From Methylobacter sp. (GTDB lineage: Bacteria; Pseudomonadota; Gammaproteobacteria; Methylococcales; Methylomonadaceae), in assembly GCA_002928495.1 (NCBI GenBank), contig PERF01000001.1, forward strand, positions 5,992-69,991: a stretch of 64,000 nt of DNA, in the 5' to 3' direction. Made by a program: the position numbers and the translations under genes. Numbering within the stretch: the stretch's first letter is position 1; each line of letters starts with the position of its first letter. This document shows positions 20,521 through 29,219 of the stretch, one piece after another. The notes below the pieces were generated by a model. The model was not told the DNA's origin and did not search any database. It saw only the letters and a program-made list of their open reading frames with translations.

Positions 20521-20827
20521 GTAGATTCGAGTCGGATTATCGTTTAGACAATTTTCATAATAGCATTTTTTTTCAAAATAACTTGAACCGGCTAATTCTA
20601 ATCCGCAAAAAATAAGCATGCTTATAATGTGCTGTTTGAGGGATTATTTGGCGTTATGAAAATAAAGGCACAGATGCGTTTGGTTTTTAGAATGTTTTTA
20701 GGATGCTGTCTTTTAATTTACAATAAGCCGCTAAAGTTATTATTTAACTGAGCACATAAAGTGTGCAAATTGTTTCCGTCAATACACCAGCGGATTGGAT
20801 TCGCAAAGATAACTAAGAGCTAATACT

Positions 20828-21724
20828 ATGATTATTAATGGCGTCACGATCGATGCAACTTTTGCCGAAGCTTTTCCCATGAAAGCCACCCGTGCCATCA
20901 TAACTGCGCAAAATGAAAAATGGGCCATGATTGCTGCACAAGCGATGACTGGTTTTGCCACTTCCGTAATTGCTTGCGGCTGTGAGGCGGGAATTGAGCG
21001 ATTAATGGGCATTGAAGAAACGCCGGATGGACGGCCGGGCGTAGCTGTAATGATTTTCGCGATGGGTGGCAAAGGCTTGGCCAAGCAACTGGAAACCAGG
21101 GCAGGCCAATGTATTTTGACGTCACCCACATCGGCACTATTTGCCGGAATTGAAAGCAATATCCGGATTCCATTAGGAAAAAACCTACGCTATTTTGGCG
21201 ATGGCTTTCAGATAGCCAAAGTAATTGGGGGCAAGCGCTATTGGCGGATACCGGTTATGGATGGCGAGTTTTTAGCTGAAGCCACCACCGGACAGGTTGA
21301 TGCGGTAGGGGGCGGCAATTTTCTGGTGTTGGCCCAATCCCAGCCGCAAGCCCTAGCCGCATGTGAAGCTGCTATCGAAGCCATGTCGAAAATACCAAAC
21401 GTCATTATGCCGTTTCCTGGCGGTGTTGTCCGTTCCGGTTCAAAAGTCGGTTCCAAATATGCCGCCTTGAATGCTTCGACCAACGATGCTTTTTGTCCGA
21501 CTTTGAAAGGCGCAACAAAAACGGAGTTATCGCCCGATATTGAGTCGGTTATGGAAATTGTTATTGACGGTTTATCAAAAGAAGATATCGATAAAGCCAT
21601 GCGCGTGGGTATTGAGGCTGTTTGTAAATTAGGTGCAGACAACGGAATTAAGCGAATTAGCGCCGGTAATTATGGTGGCAAATTAGGACCTTTCCATTTT
21701 CATTTACAGGAGATTATGGCATGA
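20828..21724 (+). CDS. fhcD: formylmethanofuran--tetrahydromethanopterin N-formyltransferase
   Basis: MIINGVTIDATFAEAFPMKATRAIIT...GFATSVIACGCEAGIE matches the Ftr/FhcD N-terminus as recalled. The size (298 aa) is right, and fhcC follows. Confidence 0.9.
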   Translation: MIINGVTIDATFAEAFPMKATRAIITAQNEKWAMIAAQAMTGFATSVIACGCEAGIERLMGIEETPDGRPGVAVMIFAMGGKGLAKQLETRAGQCILTSPTSALFAGIESNIRIPLGKNLRYFGDGFQIAKVIGGKRYWRIPVMDGEFLAEATTGQVDAVGGGNFLVLAQSQPQALAACEAAIEAMSKIPNVIMPFPGGVVRSGSKVGSKYAALNASTNDAFCPTLKGATKTELSPDIESVMEIVIDGLSKEDIDKAMRVGIEAVCKLGADNGIKRISAGNYGGKLGPFHFHLQEIMA

Positions 21725-22533
21725 GTGCATTAACCTTATCGCTTATTCACTCGCCTCAGCAGCGGGTTGATATGTCGCCTTTGAGCTGCCATTTGATTGC
21801 CGGTAAATCCAAGGCCGAGATTGGCGAGGTTGAATTAAAATCAGGCAAACGTAAGTTTCGGGTTGACGAATTGTTTGCGATTGCCGGAGACGATACACAG
21901 GATATTGTGCTGAAAGGGACTACCGAAAAATTTGATTACATTGGTAAACAATTAAGTGGCGGGCAAATTACTGTTGAAGGTGATGCAGGCGCCTATTTGG
22001 CAATGGGAATGTTGTCCGGGCAGGTAAAAATAACCGGAAATGCCGGATTATATGCCGGATGCGAGATGAAAAAAGGTTTTTTGGAGATTTCCGGTAATAC
22101 CGGCGATTTTCTCGGCGGCGCGCTTCCCGGCAATAAAATGGGGATGAAGGGCGGTTTGATTTTGGTCAAAGGAAATGCCGGTGAGCGTGTTGGCGATCAT
22201 TTACGCAAAGGCATGATATTGATTGAGGGTAATACCGGAGACTACTGCGGCTCCCGTATGATTGCGGGTACTATTGCGGTGATGGGACAAACCGGAAAAT
22301 ACGCCGGTTATGCAATGCGCAGAGGTACGTTATTACTTTGGAACCAACCCGATTTATCCGCCAGTTTTAATGATTGCGGAATGCATACCTTGGCTTTTTT
22401 ACCCATGGTATTTAAATCACTTAAACAATTAAACTCGAAATTTGCCAACGCGGATGAAGCTTTTAACCGCGTACGCCGTTTTGCCGGTGATATGTCGGAA
22501 AAAGGAAAAGGCGAGGTTTTAATCAAGTTATAA
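21721..22533 (+). CDS. fhcC: formylmethanofuran dehydrogenase subunit C-like protein (formyltransferase/hydrolase complex)
   Basis: Repeated G-rich beta-helix motifs (GDAGAYLAMGMLSGQVKITGNAG, GNTGDFLGG, GNAGERVG, GNTGDYCG). There is an ATGA overlap with fhcD. Confidence 0.88.
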   Translation: MSALTLSLIHSPQQRVDMSPLSCHLIAGKSKAEIGEVELKSGKRKFRVDELFAIAGDDTQDIVLKGTTEKFDYIGKQLSGGQITVEGDAGAYLAMGMLSGQVKITGNAGLYAGCEMKKGFLEISGNTGDFLGGALPGNKMGMKGGLILVKGNAGERVGDHLRKGMILIEGNTGDYCGSRMIAGTIAVMGQTGKYAGYAMRRGTLLLWNQPDLSASFNDCGMHTLAFLPMVFKSLKQLNSKFANADEAFNRVRRFAGDMSEKGKGEVLIKL

Positions 22534-22661
22534 GTTTTACTGTCTAGCATAGCAAAGTAGGCGTTTTTTGTTGGTAGGCTTGTCTTTTCCTGCTTATAAC
22601 AAAAGTGTTGTCGCAAGACTGGATAGATCGGTATCAACATCAATAACCTAGAACTCGAATT

Positions 22662-24257
22662 ATGTTGGCCAGCTTTGTGAAAGCGTGTTTTATTTTTAGC
22701 TGGATTGGGCTATGGTCAACATCCGTGCTTGCTGCCGAAACAATCCATTTGCAACTACGCTGGCATCATCAATTTCAATTTGCAGGATATTATGCCGCCG
22801 TTGAAAAAGGGTTCTATCAAAATGCCGGCCTTAACGTAATTCTTGACGCCGGTTCTCCCGAAAAAAATCCGGTTTGGCAGGTCTTGCAAGGCGATGCCGA
22901 ATATGGGGTTGGCAACGCTGAACTTTTGCTTGAGCGGCTGCGAGGTGCTCCATTGGTGGCTTTGGCGGCTATTTACCAACATTCACCCTCGGTTTTGCTC
23001 GCTAACAAAAATGCCAAAGCTGATTCGCCTCATGATTTAATCGGTAAAACAGTCATGATGATGGGCAGCGAAACCGATGCCGATTTTTTTGCCATGTTTT
23101 ATAACGAAGGCATTAATGTTGCCAGCATTAACTTTATACCCAGCAGCTTCAATATTGATGATTTAATTAATGGCAATACCGATGCTTTTAATTCCTATTT
23201 AACGAATGAACCTTATTACTTGAAGGAGCGTGGCGTTGAGTTTACCGTTATCAACCCCCGCAATTACGGAATAGATTTTTACAGCGACATTTTATTTACT
23301 TCAGAGCAGGAAATTTTCGATCATCCACAACGCGTGAAAGCATTTCGCCAGGCCAGCATTGAGGGTTGGGTATATGCCATGGAACATCCGGACGAAATAA
23401 TCGAACTCTTACTGAAAAAATACCAAGTTAATAAATCAAAACAGCATCTTGAGTTTGAAGCTGCGGCAATGCGGCCCCTCATCTATCCCGATTTAATCGA
23501 AATCGGCCATATAAATCCATGGCGATTTAAATATATGGCGCAAACATTAGTTGAAGCCAAAATGGTTAATGACGATAAGGCTTTGGAAGGATTTATTTAC
23601 TCCTCCGATATTAATGTCGATAAGGAAGCCTTGTGGTTATACGGTAAAATTGTTGCTTTGTTAGTGTTAGTGGCAGTATTTGTGATTGCCGCTTTGGCTA
23701 TCGCCTATCGTTCTGCAAAAAAAGAATTACGCTTAAGACTGGCGGCGGAAGATGAAATAAAAAAAATTGCTTACCGGGATTCGCTAACGGGACTGGATAA
23801 CCGTCATCATCTTTTTGTTTTGGCCGATCAACTCTTAAAACTCGCCCAAAGAGAACGCCATAAGCTAGCAGTGTGCTTTATTGATCTGGATAATTTTAAA
23901 AGTATAAATGACACTTTAGGACATATCGCAGGCGATAGGGTTTTAGTTCAAGTTGGCAAATTGTTGCGAAATCATATACGGCAATCGGATGTGGCGGTAC
24001 GCTTCGGTGGCGATGAGTTTGTGCTGATACTGAATAATGTAAAAAGCAGGCAAGACATAGCGGAAACTTTAGCCTCAATTCACAGCGAACTTTGTAAGCC
24101 GATTCCCTATCAGGGTCAATCGCTATATATCACCGCCAGTATCGGTGTGGCGATTTTTCCCGATGACAGCACCAATATGGATGCTTTAATTGATTTGGCG
24201 GACTCTGAAATGTATCGTATAAAAACCAGTATCAAAACGCTTAAAACCGCTAATTAA
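22662..24257 (+). CDS. diguanylate cyclase with a periplasmic NMT1/THI5-like solute-binding domain
   Basis: Signal peptide, an ABC-type substrate-binding-like domain (LQLRWHHQFQFAGYYAA), one TM, then GGDEF (RFGGDEF with an RQSD I-site). Confidence 0.85.
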   Translation: MLASFVKACFIFSWIGLWSTSVLAAETIHLQLRWHHQFQFAGYYAAVEKGFYQNAGLNVILDAGSPEKNPVWQVLQGDAEYGVGNAELLLERLRGAPLVALAAIYQHSPSVLLANKNAKADSPHDLIGKTVMMMGSETDADFFAMFYNEGINVASINFIPSSFNIDDLINGNTDAFNSYLTNEPYYLKERGVEFTVINPRNYGIDFYSDILFTSEQEIFDHPQRVKAFRQASIEGWVYAMEHPDEIIELLLKKYQVNKSKQHLEFEAAAMRPLIYPDLIEIGHINPWRFKYMAQTLVEAKMVNDDKALEGFIYSSDINVDKEALWLYGKIVALLVLVAVFVIAALAIAYRSAKKELRLRLAAEDEIKKIAYRDSLTGLDNRHHLFVLADQLLKLAQRERHKLAVCFIDLDNFKSINDTLGHIAGDRVLVQVGKLLRNHIRQSDVAVRFGGDEFVLILNNVKSRQDIAETLASIHSELCKPIPYQGQSLYITASIGVAIFPDDSTNMDALIDLADSEMYRIKTSIKTLKTAN

Positions 24258-24261
24258 TCCA

Positions 24262-25113
24262 TTGAAACAGAAGTTGACAACGACCTGTCACGACCGTGAC
24301 GTGGCGGGTTACCGTTACATCTATCCGGTCATCTCTCGCAGGTCGGGCGGTCTTTCCATCGGGATTAATTTTAATACCAACAATACTTGTAATTGGCGTT
24401 GCCTATACTGCCAGGTTCCCGACCTTAACTTTGGCGCCGCCCCTGCTATTGATTTGGCTTTGTTGGAAGACGAGTTACGCGCTTTTTTTGCCGATTTAGA
24501 CTCGGGCAGTTTCTACGCTAAATTTGAACTTGAGAAAGCAGCGCATACAGTCAAAGATATAGCTATTTCAGGAAATGGGGAGCCCACCAGTCTTAAATTA
24601 TTTGCCGAAGCCATAGAAATAATCGGTTCGATGGCGCAGGCTGAACAGATTATACCGACTAGTCAATTTATTTTGATTACCAACGGCAGTTTGATTCATT
24701 TGCCTCATGTTAGGGAAGGGCTCAGACGACTTAACTACTACGGTGGGAAAATCTGGTTTAAATTAGACAGTGCAACCGATGCGGGAAGAAAAAAAATTAA
24801 TAATGCCAAGTTAAGTACGCAATCAGTGAGTAGAAATTTGCGTTTGGCGGCTGAACTATGTCCGGTTTGGTTGCAAACTTGTTTGGTGAATATCAATGGT
24901 CTAGGGTTTAGTGAACAAGAGCGCAGTGCTTACCTGGACTTTCTTTCGCAAGTCAAGAAAGACGTTACTTTACAAGGCATCATGTTGTACAGCATAGCCA
25001 GACCCTCATTTCAGCCTGAAGCGCCGAACTTGAGCCCCATGCCAACCGAGCAAATGCAGACCCTTGCGGATGAAATCAGCCATTTAGGATTTGAAGTTTC
25101 CGTCAATGCCTAG
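24262..25113 (+). CDS. radical SAM protein, function unknown
   Basis: CNWRCLYCQ (CxxxCxxC) cluster motif and a GNGEPT SAM-binding motif. It starts at TTG, 4 nt after the GGDEF gene stop. Confidence 0.75.
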   Translation: MKQKLTTTCHDRDVAGYRYIYPVISRRSGGLSIGINFNTNNTCNWRCLYCQVPDLNFGAAPAIDLALLEDELRAFFADLDSGSFYAKFELEKAAHTVKDIAISGNGEPTSLKLFAEAIEIIGSMAQAEQIIPTSQFILITNGSLIHLPHVREGLRRLNYYGGKIWFKLDSATDAGRKKINNAKLSTQSVSRNLRLAAELCPVWLQTCLVNINGLGFSEQERSAYLDFLSQVKKDVTLQGIMLYSIARPSFQPEAPNLSPMPTEQMQTLADEISHLGFEVSVNA

Positions 25114-25129
25114 GTCAATGCCTAGTGCT

Positions 25130-25387
25130 TCAAGCCAATACATCAAGCAATGCGCCCGTGGTTTTTTGATCGGTTTCCAAAACTTTGGCCGCGCTTTTGG
25201 CTTCAAATTCAGATTTTTTCAACTCTAAAACTGAACTTATCAGACTTTGTTGCGCCACCGGTGAATTTTCGGTCGGCGGGCTAAAGCTAAGTAATGGCTG
25301 ATTAGCCAGGGCAGTAGCAGCGTTATTGGCACGGTTTTGCGCGGTACTGTATAAATCGCGGGCACTGTTGATTAAATTTATACTCAT
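25130..25387 (-). CDS. hypothetical small protein (85 aa)
   Basis: An isolated ORF with low-complexity Ala/Ser/Gln-rich sequence. I recognise no family. Confidence 0.35.
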   Translation of the reverse strand: MSINLINSARDLYSTAQNRANNAATALANQPLLSFSPPTENSPVAQQSLISSVLELKKSEFEAKSAAKVLETDQKTTGALLDVLA

Positions 25388-25493
25388 GATAGTGGACTCA
25401 GATAGATTGTTTCTTATTAATTTTAGGCCTTATGCCGTCTAATTAATGGGAACTAAACCACAACTCTAAACGGGAATATAATTGAATTTGAGC

Positions 25494-25523
25494 TTGTTGT
25501 ATAACCAATGTTACGTCTATAAT
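25494..25523 (+). promoter_or_regulatory. putative sigma70 promoter for tRNA-Leu(TAG)
   Basis: TTGTTG, an 18-nt spacer, then a perfect TATAAT ending 18 nt before the tRNA 5-prime end. Confidence 0.45.
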
Positions 25524-25541
25524 GCCCAATTCAATGATAGT

Positions 25542-25626
<85 letters not shown>

Positions 25627-25737
25627 CTCAGTCTCAAAATTGCCGTTACCTTCGGTTCCGGCGATATCTGCCAGCAATTTCCATTTCCAATCAATTTTTT
25701 ATTTAATAAATTTCATATCGATACTTGAGGTAAAGTA

Positions 25738-27045
25738 ATGCAAGTCTCTGTCGAAAAGACATCAGAATTAAGCAGAAGAATGACGGTCAGTTTGCCGGCT
25801 GAAATGTTTCAGGAAAAAATGGCGACGCGTCTGGAATCATTGGCGCGTGAAGTTAGAATTGATGGTTTTCGGCCAGGTAAGGCGCCTCAACATCTCATAA
25901 AAAAAATGTATGGGGACAGAATCCGTACTGAGGTAGAGGGCGAGCTGATCCAGTCCACCTATTTTGAAGCCTTGCAAAACCAGGATTTAAAGCCGGCCGG
26001 TTATCCGCATATCCATGAGACTAAGGTTGTCGACGATGGATTTAAATACATTGCCGAATTCGAAGTCTATCCCGAAATTTCGCTGGAAGGAATAGAGCAA
26101 CTGGCGATTACTCGTTTGACGGCAAATGTTGAAGAAAGTGATGTCGATAACATGGTTGAGAAATTGCGCGTGCAGAAACGTGATTGGCAACCTGTTGAAC
26201 GTGCTTCGCAATCCGGCGATCGTATTACCATAAGTTTTTCAGGCACAGCGGAAGGTGAAAGTTTCACCAATGGTCAAGTTAATGATTACCAGGTTGAACT
26301 CGGCTCTAAGCAGATGATTCCCGGATTTGAAGACAATTTAACCGGGTTAAATACCGGTGAAAATAAAACCTTTACACTAGCATTTCCTGATCCGTACGAT
26401 GTCAACCCGGACTTAGCCGGAAAAGCTGCGGAATTTGAAATTGAGGTTACAAAAATCGAAGAGCCGGTGCTGCCGGAGGTAGATAGTGAATTTGCTAAAG
26501 CTTATGGAATCGAAGATGGCAATATTGAATCTTTCCGCGAAGATATTAAGGCCAACATGGAAAGAGAATTAAATCAGGCTTTACGTGGCAAATTAAAAAA
26601 TGCCGCCATGGATGCGCTTTACCAAAAAATTTCTTTTACTTTACCGAATGTACTGGTTGATCAAGAAGTTGAAAATTTACTAAAACCCTACAAAGAATCT
26701 GCAAAAAAACAAAAGCTTAAGTTTGAAGATTTGGACTTGCCCAAAGACATGCTGGAAGAGCGGGCCAAACGGCGTGTGGCTTTAGGATTAATTTTAGGTG
26801 AAATTATTGAAAAAAAATCAATAAAGCTGGATGATGGCAGAGTACGTGTAACCATTGAGGAAATGGCGCAAAGCTATGAGCGGCCTGAAGATGTCTTAGC
26901 TTGGTATTACTCGGATGAAGAGCGCTTGGACGAAGTTAAACAAATGGTACTGGAAGAACAGATCGTTGAATGGCTTGTTAATCAGGCCGATGTATCTGAT
27001 AAACAGTTGAGTTTTAGTGAAGCCATGGAAAATCATGGCGTGTAG
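25738..27045 (+). CDS. tig: trigger factor
   Basis: MQVSVEKTSELSRRMTVSLPAE... followed by GFRPGKAP. It is 435 aa and lies upstream of clpP-clpX-lon. Confidence 0.96.
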   Translation: MQVSVEKTSELSRRMTVSLPAEMFQEKMATRLESLAREVRIDGFRPGKAPQHLIKKMYGDRIRTEVEGELIQSTYFEALQNQDLKPAGYPHIHETKVVDDGFKYIAEFEVYPEISLEGIEQLAITRLTANVEESDVDNMVEKLRVQKRDWQPVERASQSGDRITISFSGTAEGESFTNGQVNDYQVELGSKQMIPGFEDNLTGLNTGENKTFTLAFPDPYDVNPDLAGKAAEFEIEVTKIEEPVLPEVDSEFAKAYGIEDGNIESFREDIKANMERELNQALRGKLKNAAMDALYQKISFTLPNVLVDQEVENLLKPYKESAKKQKLKFEDLDLPKDMLEERAKRRVALGLILGEIIEKKSIKLDDGRVRVTIEEMAQSYERPEDVLAWYYSDEERLDEVKQMVLEEQIVEWLVNQADVSDKQLSFSEAMENHGV

Positions 27046-27057
27046 ATGAGGTAGCAA

Positions 27058-27696
27058 ATGTATAAGCATTATCAAATGGGTCAAATGGATACACCGCAAG
27101 CAGCAGGCGGTTTGGTGCCCATAGTGGTTGAACAAACCGCTCGAGGCGAGCGTTCTTTCGACATCTACTCAAGACTGTTAAAAGAGCGGGTAATTTTTCT
27201 GGTAGGTCAAGTAGAAGATTACATGGCGAATCTAGTGGTGGCTCAATTACTATTTTTGGAATCCGAGAACCCGGACAAAGACATCCATTTGTACATAAAT
27301 TCTCCCGGAGGTTCGGTAACTGCCGGCATGTCAATTTATGACACCATGCAATTTATCAAACCGGATGTCAGTACCATGTGTATCGGCCAAGCGGCTAGCA
27401 TGGGCGCATTGTTGCTAACCGGCGGCGCTAAAGGCAAACGTTATTGCCTTCCCCACTCAAGAATGATGATTCATCAGCCTTTGGGCGGTTTTCAAGGTCA
27501 AGCATCGGATATTGATATTCATGCCCGCGAAATTTTATTGATTCGGGAAAAACTGAATAAAGTTTTATCTGAACACACCGGTCAACCGATGGAAAAAATC
27601 CAGCAAGATACTGATCGCGATAATTTTTTAAGCCCGGCTGATGCGGTTTCTTACGGACTCGTCGACAAGGTTCTATTTAATCGTGGAACGATATAA
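27058..27696 (+). CDS. clpP: ATP-dependent Clp protease proteolytic subunit
   Basis: [35 protein letters not shown] (catalytic Ser) and MIHQPLGG (His). Confidence 0.97.
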   Translation: MYKHYQMGQMDTPQAAGGLVPIVVEQTARGERSFDIYSRLLKERVIFLVGQVEDYMANLVVAQLLFLESENPDKDIHLYINSPGGSVTAGMSIYDTMQFIKPDVSTMCIGQAASMGALLLTGGAKGKRYCLPHSRMMIHQPLGGFQGQASDIDIHAREILLIREKLNKVLSEHTGQPMEKIQQDTDRDNFLSPADAVSYGLVDKVLFNRGTI

Positions 27697-27792
27697 AACC
27701 TTCAGCAGTTTTGTATTTTTTTACATTTAGATTATCCTTGCCTTATACGAAAGAGAATATGTTTATGGGCTTTGAGAGTTGGGGCGAACAAT

Positions 27793-29067
27793 ATGAGTAA
27801 CGACAAAAACGGCAAAGATGATGATAAATTGCTCTATTGCTCGTTTTGTGGAAAGAGTCAGCATGAAGTAAGAAAATTGATTGCCGGCCCTTCCGTATAT
27901 GTTTGTGATGAATGTGTGGAATTGTGTAATGACATAATTAAAGATGAATTACACGAAGAGACCTCAAGTTTTGGTAATGCGGAACTGCCAAAGCCCAAAG
28001 AGATTAAAAAAGAGCTTGATAATTATGTCATCGGCCAGGAAAGTGCCAAGAAGATTTTGGCCGTTGCCGTTTACAATCACTATAAGCGACTACGAAACAA
28101 AAACAAAAAAGACACAGTCGAGTTGGCCAAGAGTAATATTTTGCTGATTGGACCTACAGGGTCAGGCAAGACTTTGCTGGCAGAAACCCTGGCCCGTTTG
28201 CTTGATGTTCCGTTTACTATTGCCGATGCTACGACATTAACGGAAGCAGGGTATGTCGGTGAGGATGTTGAGAACATTATCCAAAAAATCCTGCAAAAAT
28301 GTGATTATGATGTCGAAAAAGCCGAAACAGGCATCGTTTATATAGACGAGATCGATAAAATTTCACGTAAATCGGATAATCCCTCAATAACAAGAGATGT
28401 CTCCGGCGAGGGTGTTCAACAAGCATTATTGAAATTGATCGAGGGTACGGTCGCATCGGTCCCTCCCCAGGGTGGTCGCAAACATCCGCAGCAGGAATTT
28501 TTGCAGGTTAACACGGCCAATATCCTGTTCATCGTAGGGGGAGCCTTTTCTGGTTTGGATAGAATTATCAAGTCACGATCCGAAAAAGGCGGCATAGGTT
28601 TCTCTGCGGAAATCAAACCCAAAGACGATAATAAAGGGATAGGGCGCGTGTTCGCCGAAGTTGAAGCGGAAGATTTAATTAAATACGGCTTGATTCCGGA
28701 GTTTGTCGGGCGTCTTCCGGTTGTGGCGACTTTAGATGAGCTGGACGAAGACGCTTTAGTGCAAATATTAACCGAACCAAGAAATGCGCTGATCAAGCAG
28801 TACAAGCATCTATTTGAAATGGAAGGCGCGGAATTGGAGTTTCGCGACGAGTCCCTGCGCACTATTGCCAAAAAATCGATGGAAAGAAAAACGGGCGCGC
28901 GCGGATTGCGGACGATTGTGGAAAATATTTTGTTAAATATAATGTATGAGTTACCATCAGACAACACTATACGTAAAGTGGTTATTGATGAAAGTGTGGT
29001 TTTAGGGGAATCTGAGCCGATTCTTGTATACGAGAATGGTAAGAAGAAGGCATTAGCTGAATCCTAG
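27793..29067 (+). CDS. clpX: ATP-dependent Clp protease ATP-binding subunit ClpX
   Basis: Zn-finger [30 protein letters not shown] and Walker [12 protein letters not shown] 27793 fits the ClpX N-terminus better than TTG 27772. Confidence 0.97.
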   Translation: MSNDKNGKDDDKLLYCSFCGKSQHEVRKLIAGPSVYVCDECVELCNDIIKDELHEETSSFGNAELPKPKEIKKELDNYVIGQESAKKILAVAVYNHYKRLRNKNKKDTVELAKSNILLIGPTGSGKTLLAETLARLLDVPFTIADATTLTEAGYVGEDVENIIQKILQKCDYDVEKAETGIVYIDEIDKISRKSDNPSITRDVSGEGVQQALLKLIEGTVASVPPQGGRKHPQQEFLQVNTANILFIVGGAFSGLDRIIKSRSEKGGIGFSAEIKPKDDNKGIGRVFAEVEAEDLIKYGLIPEFVGRLPVVATLDELDEDALVQILTEPRNALIKQYKHLFEMEGAELEFRDESLRTIAKKSMERKTGARGLRTIVENILLNIMYELPSDNTIRKVVIDESVVLGESEPILVYENGKKKALAES

Positions 29068-29088
29068 TTTTTTAATTCCATAAGAAAA

Positions 29089-29125
29089 GAGGGAGCTTTT
29101 CTTAACTGAGAGCTCCCTTTTTTTA
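29089..29125 (+). terminator. rho-independent terminator after clpX
   Basis: GGGAGCT-loop-AGCTCCC stem followed by TTTTTTTAT. Confidence 0.8.
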
Positions 29126-29155
29126 TGCCGGTAGTGAAGTTATTTTCATTGAGAG

Positions 29156-29184
29156 CTTGCTATGTAAGCAGATGCCCCCATTAT
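29156..29184 (+). promoter_or_regulatory. sigma32 (heat-shock) type promoter upstream of lon
   Basis: CTTGCTA, 13 nt, then CCCCATTAT, compared with the CTTGAAA-N13/14-CCCCATNT consensus. It lies about 36 nt upstream of the lon ATG. Confidence 0.65.
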
Positions 29185-29219
29185 CCAATTGAAGTAATTT
29201 AGAAACAGGTTCCCCCACT

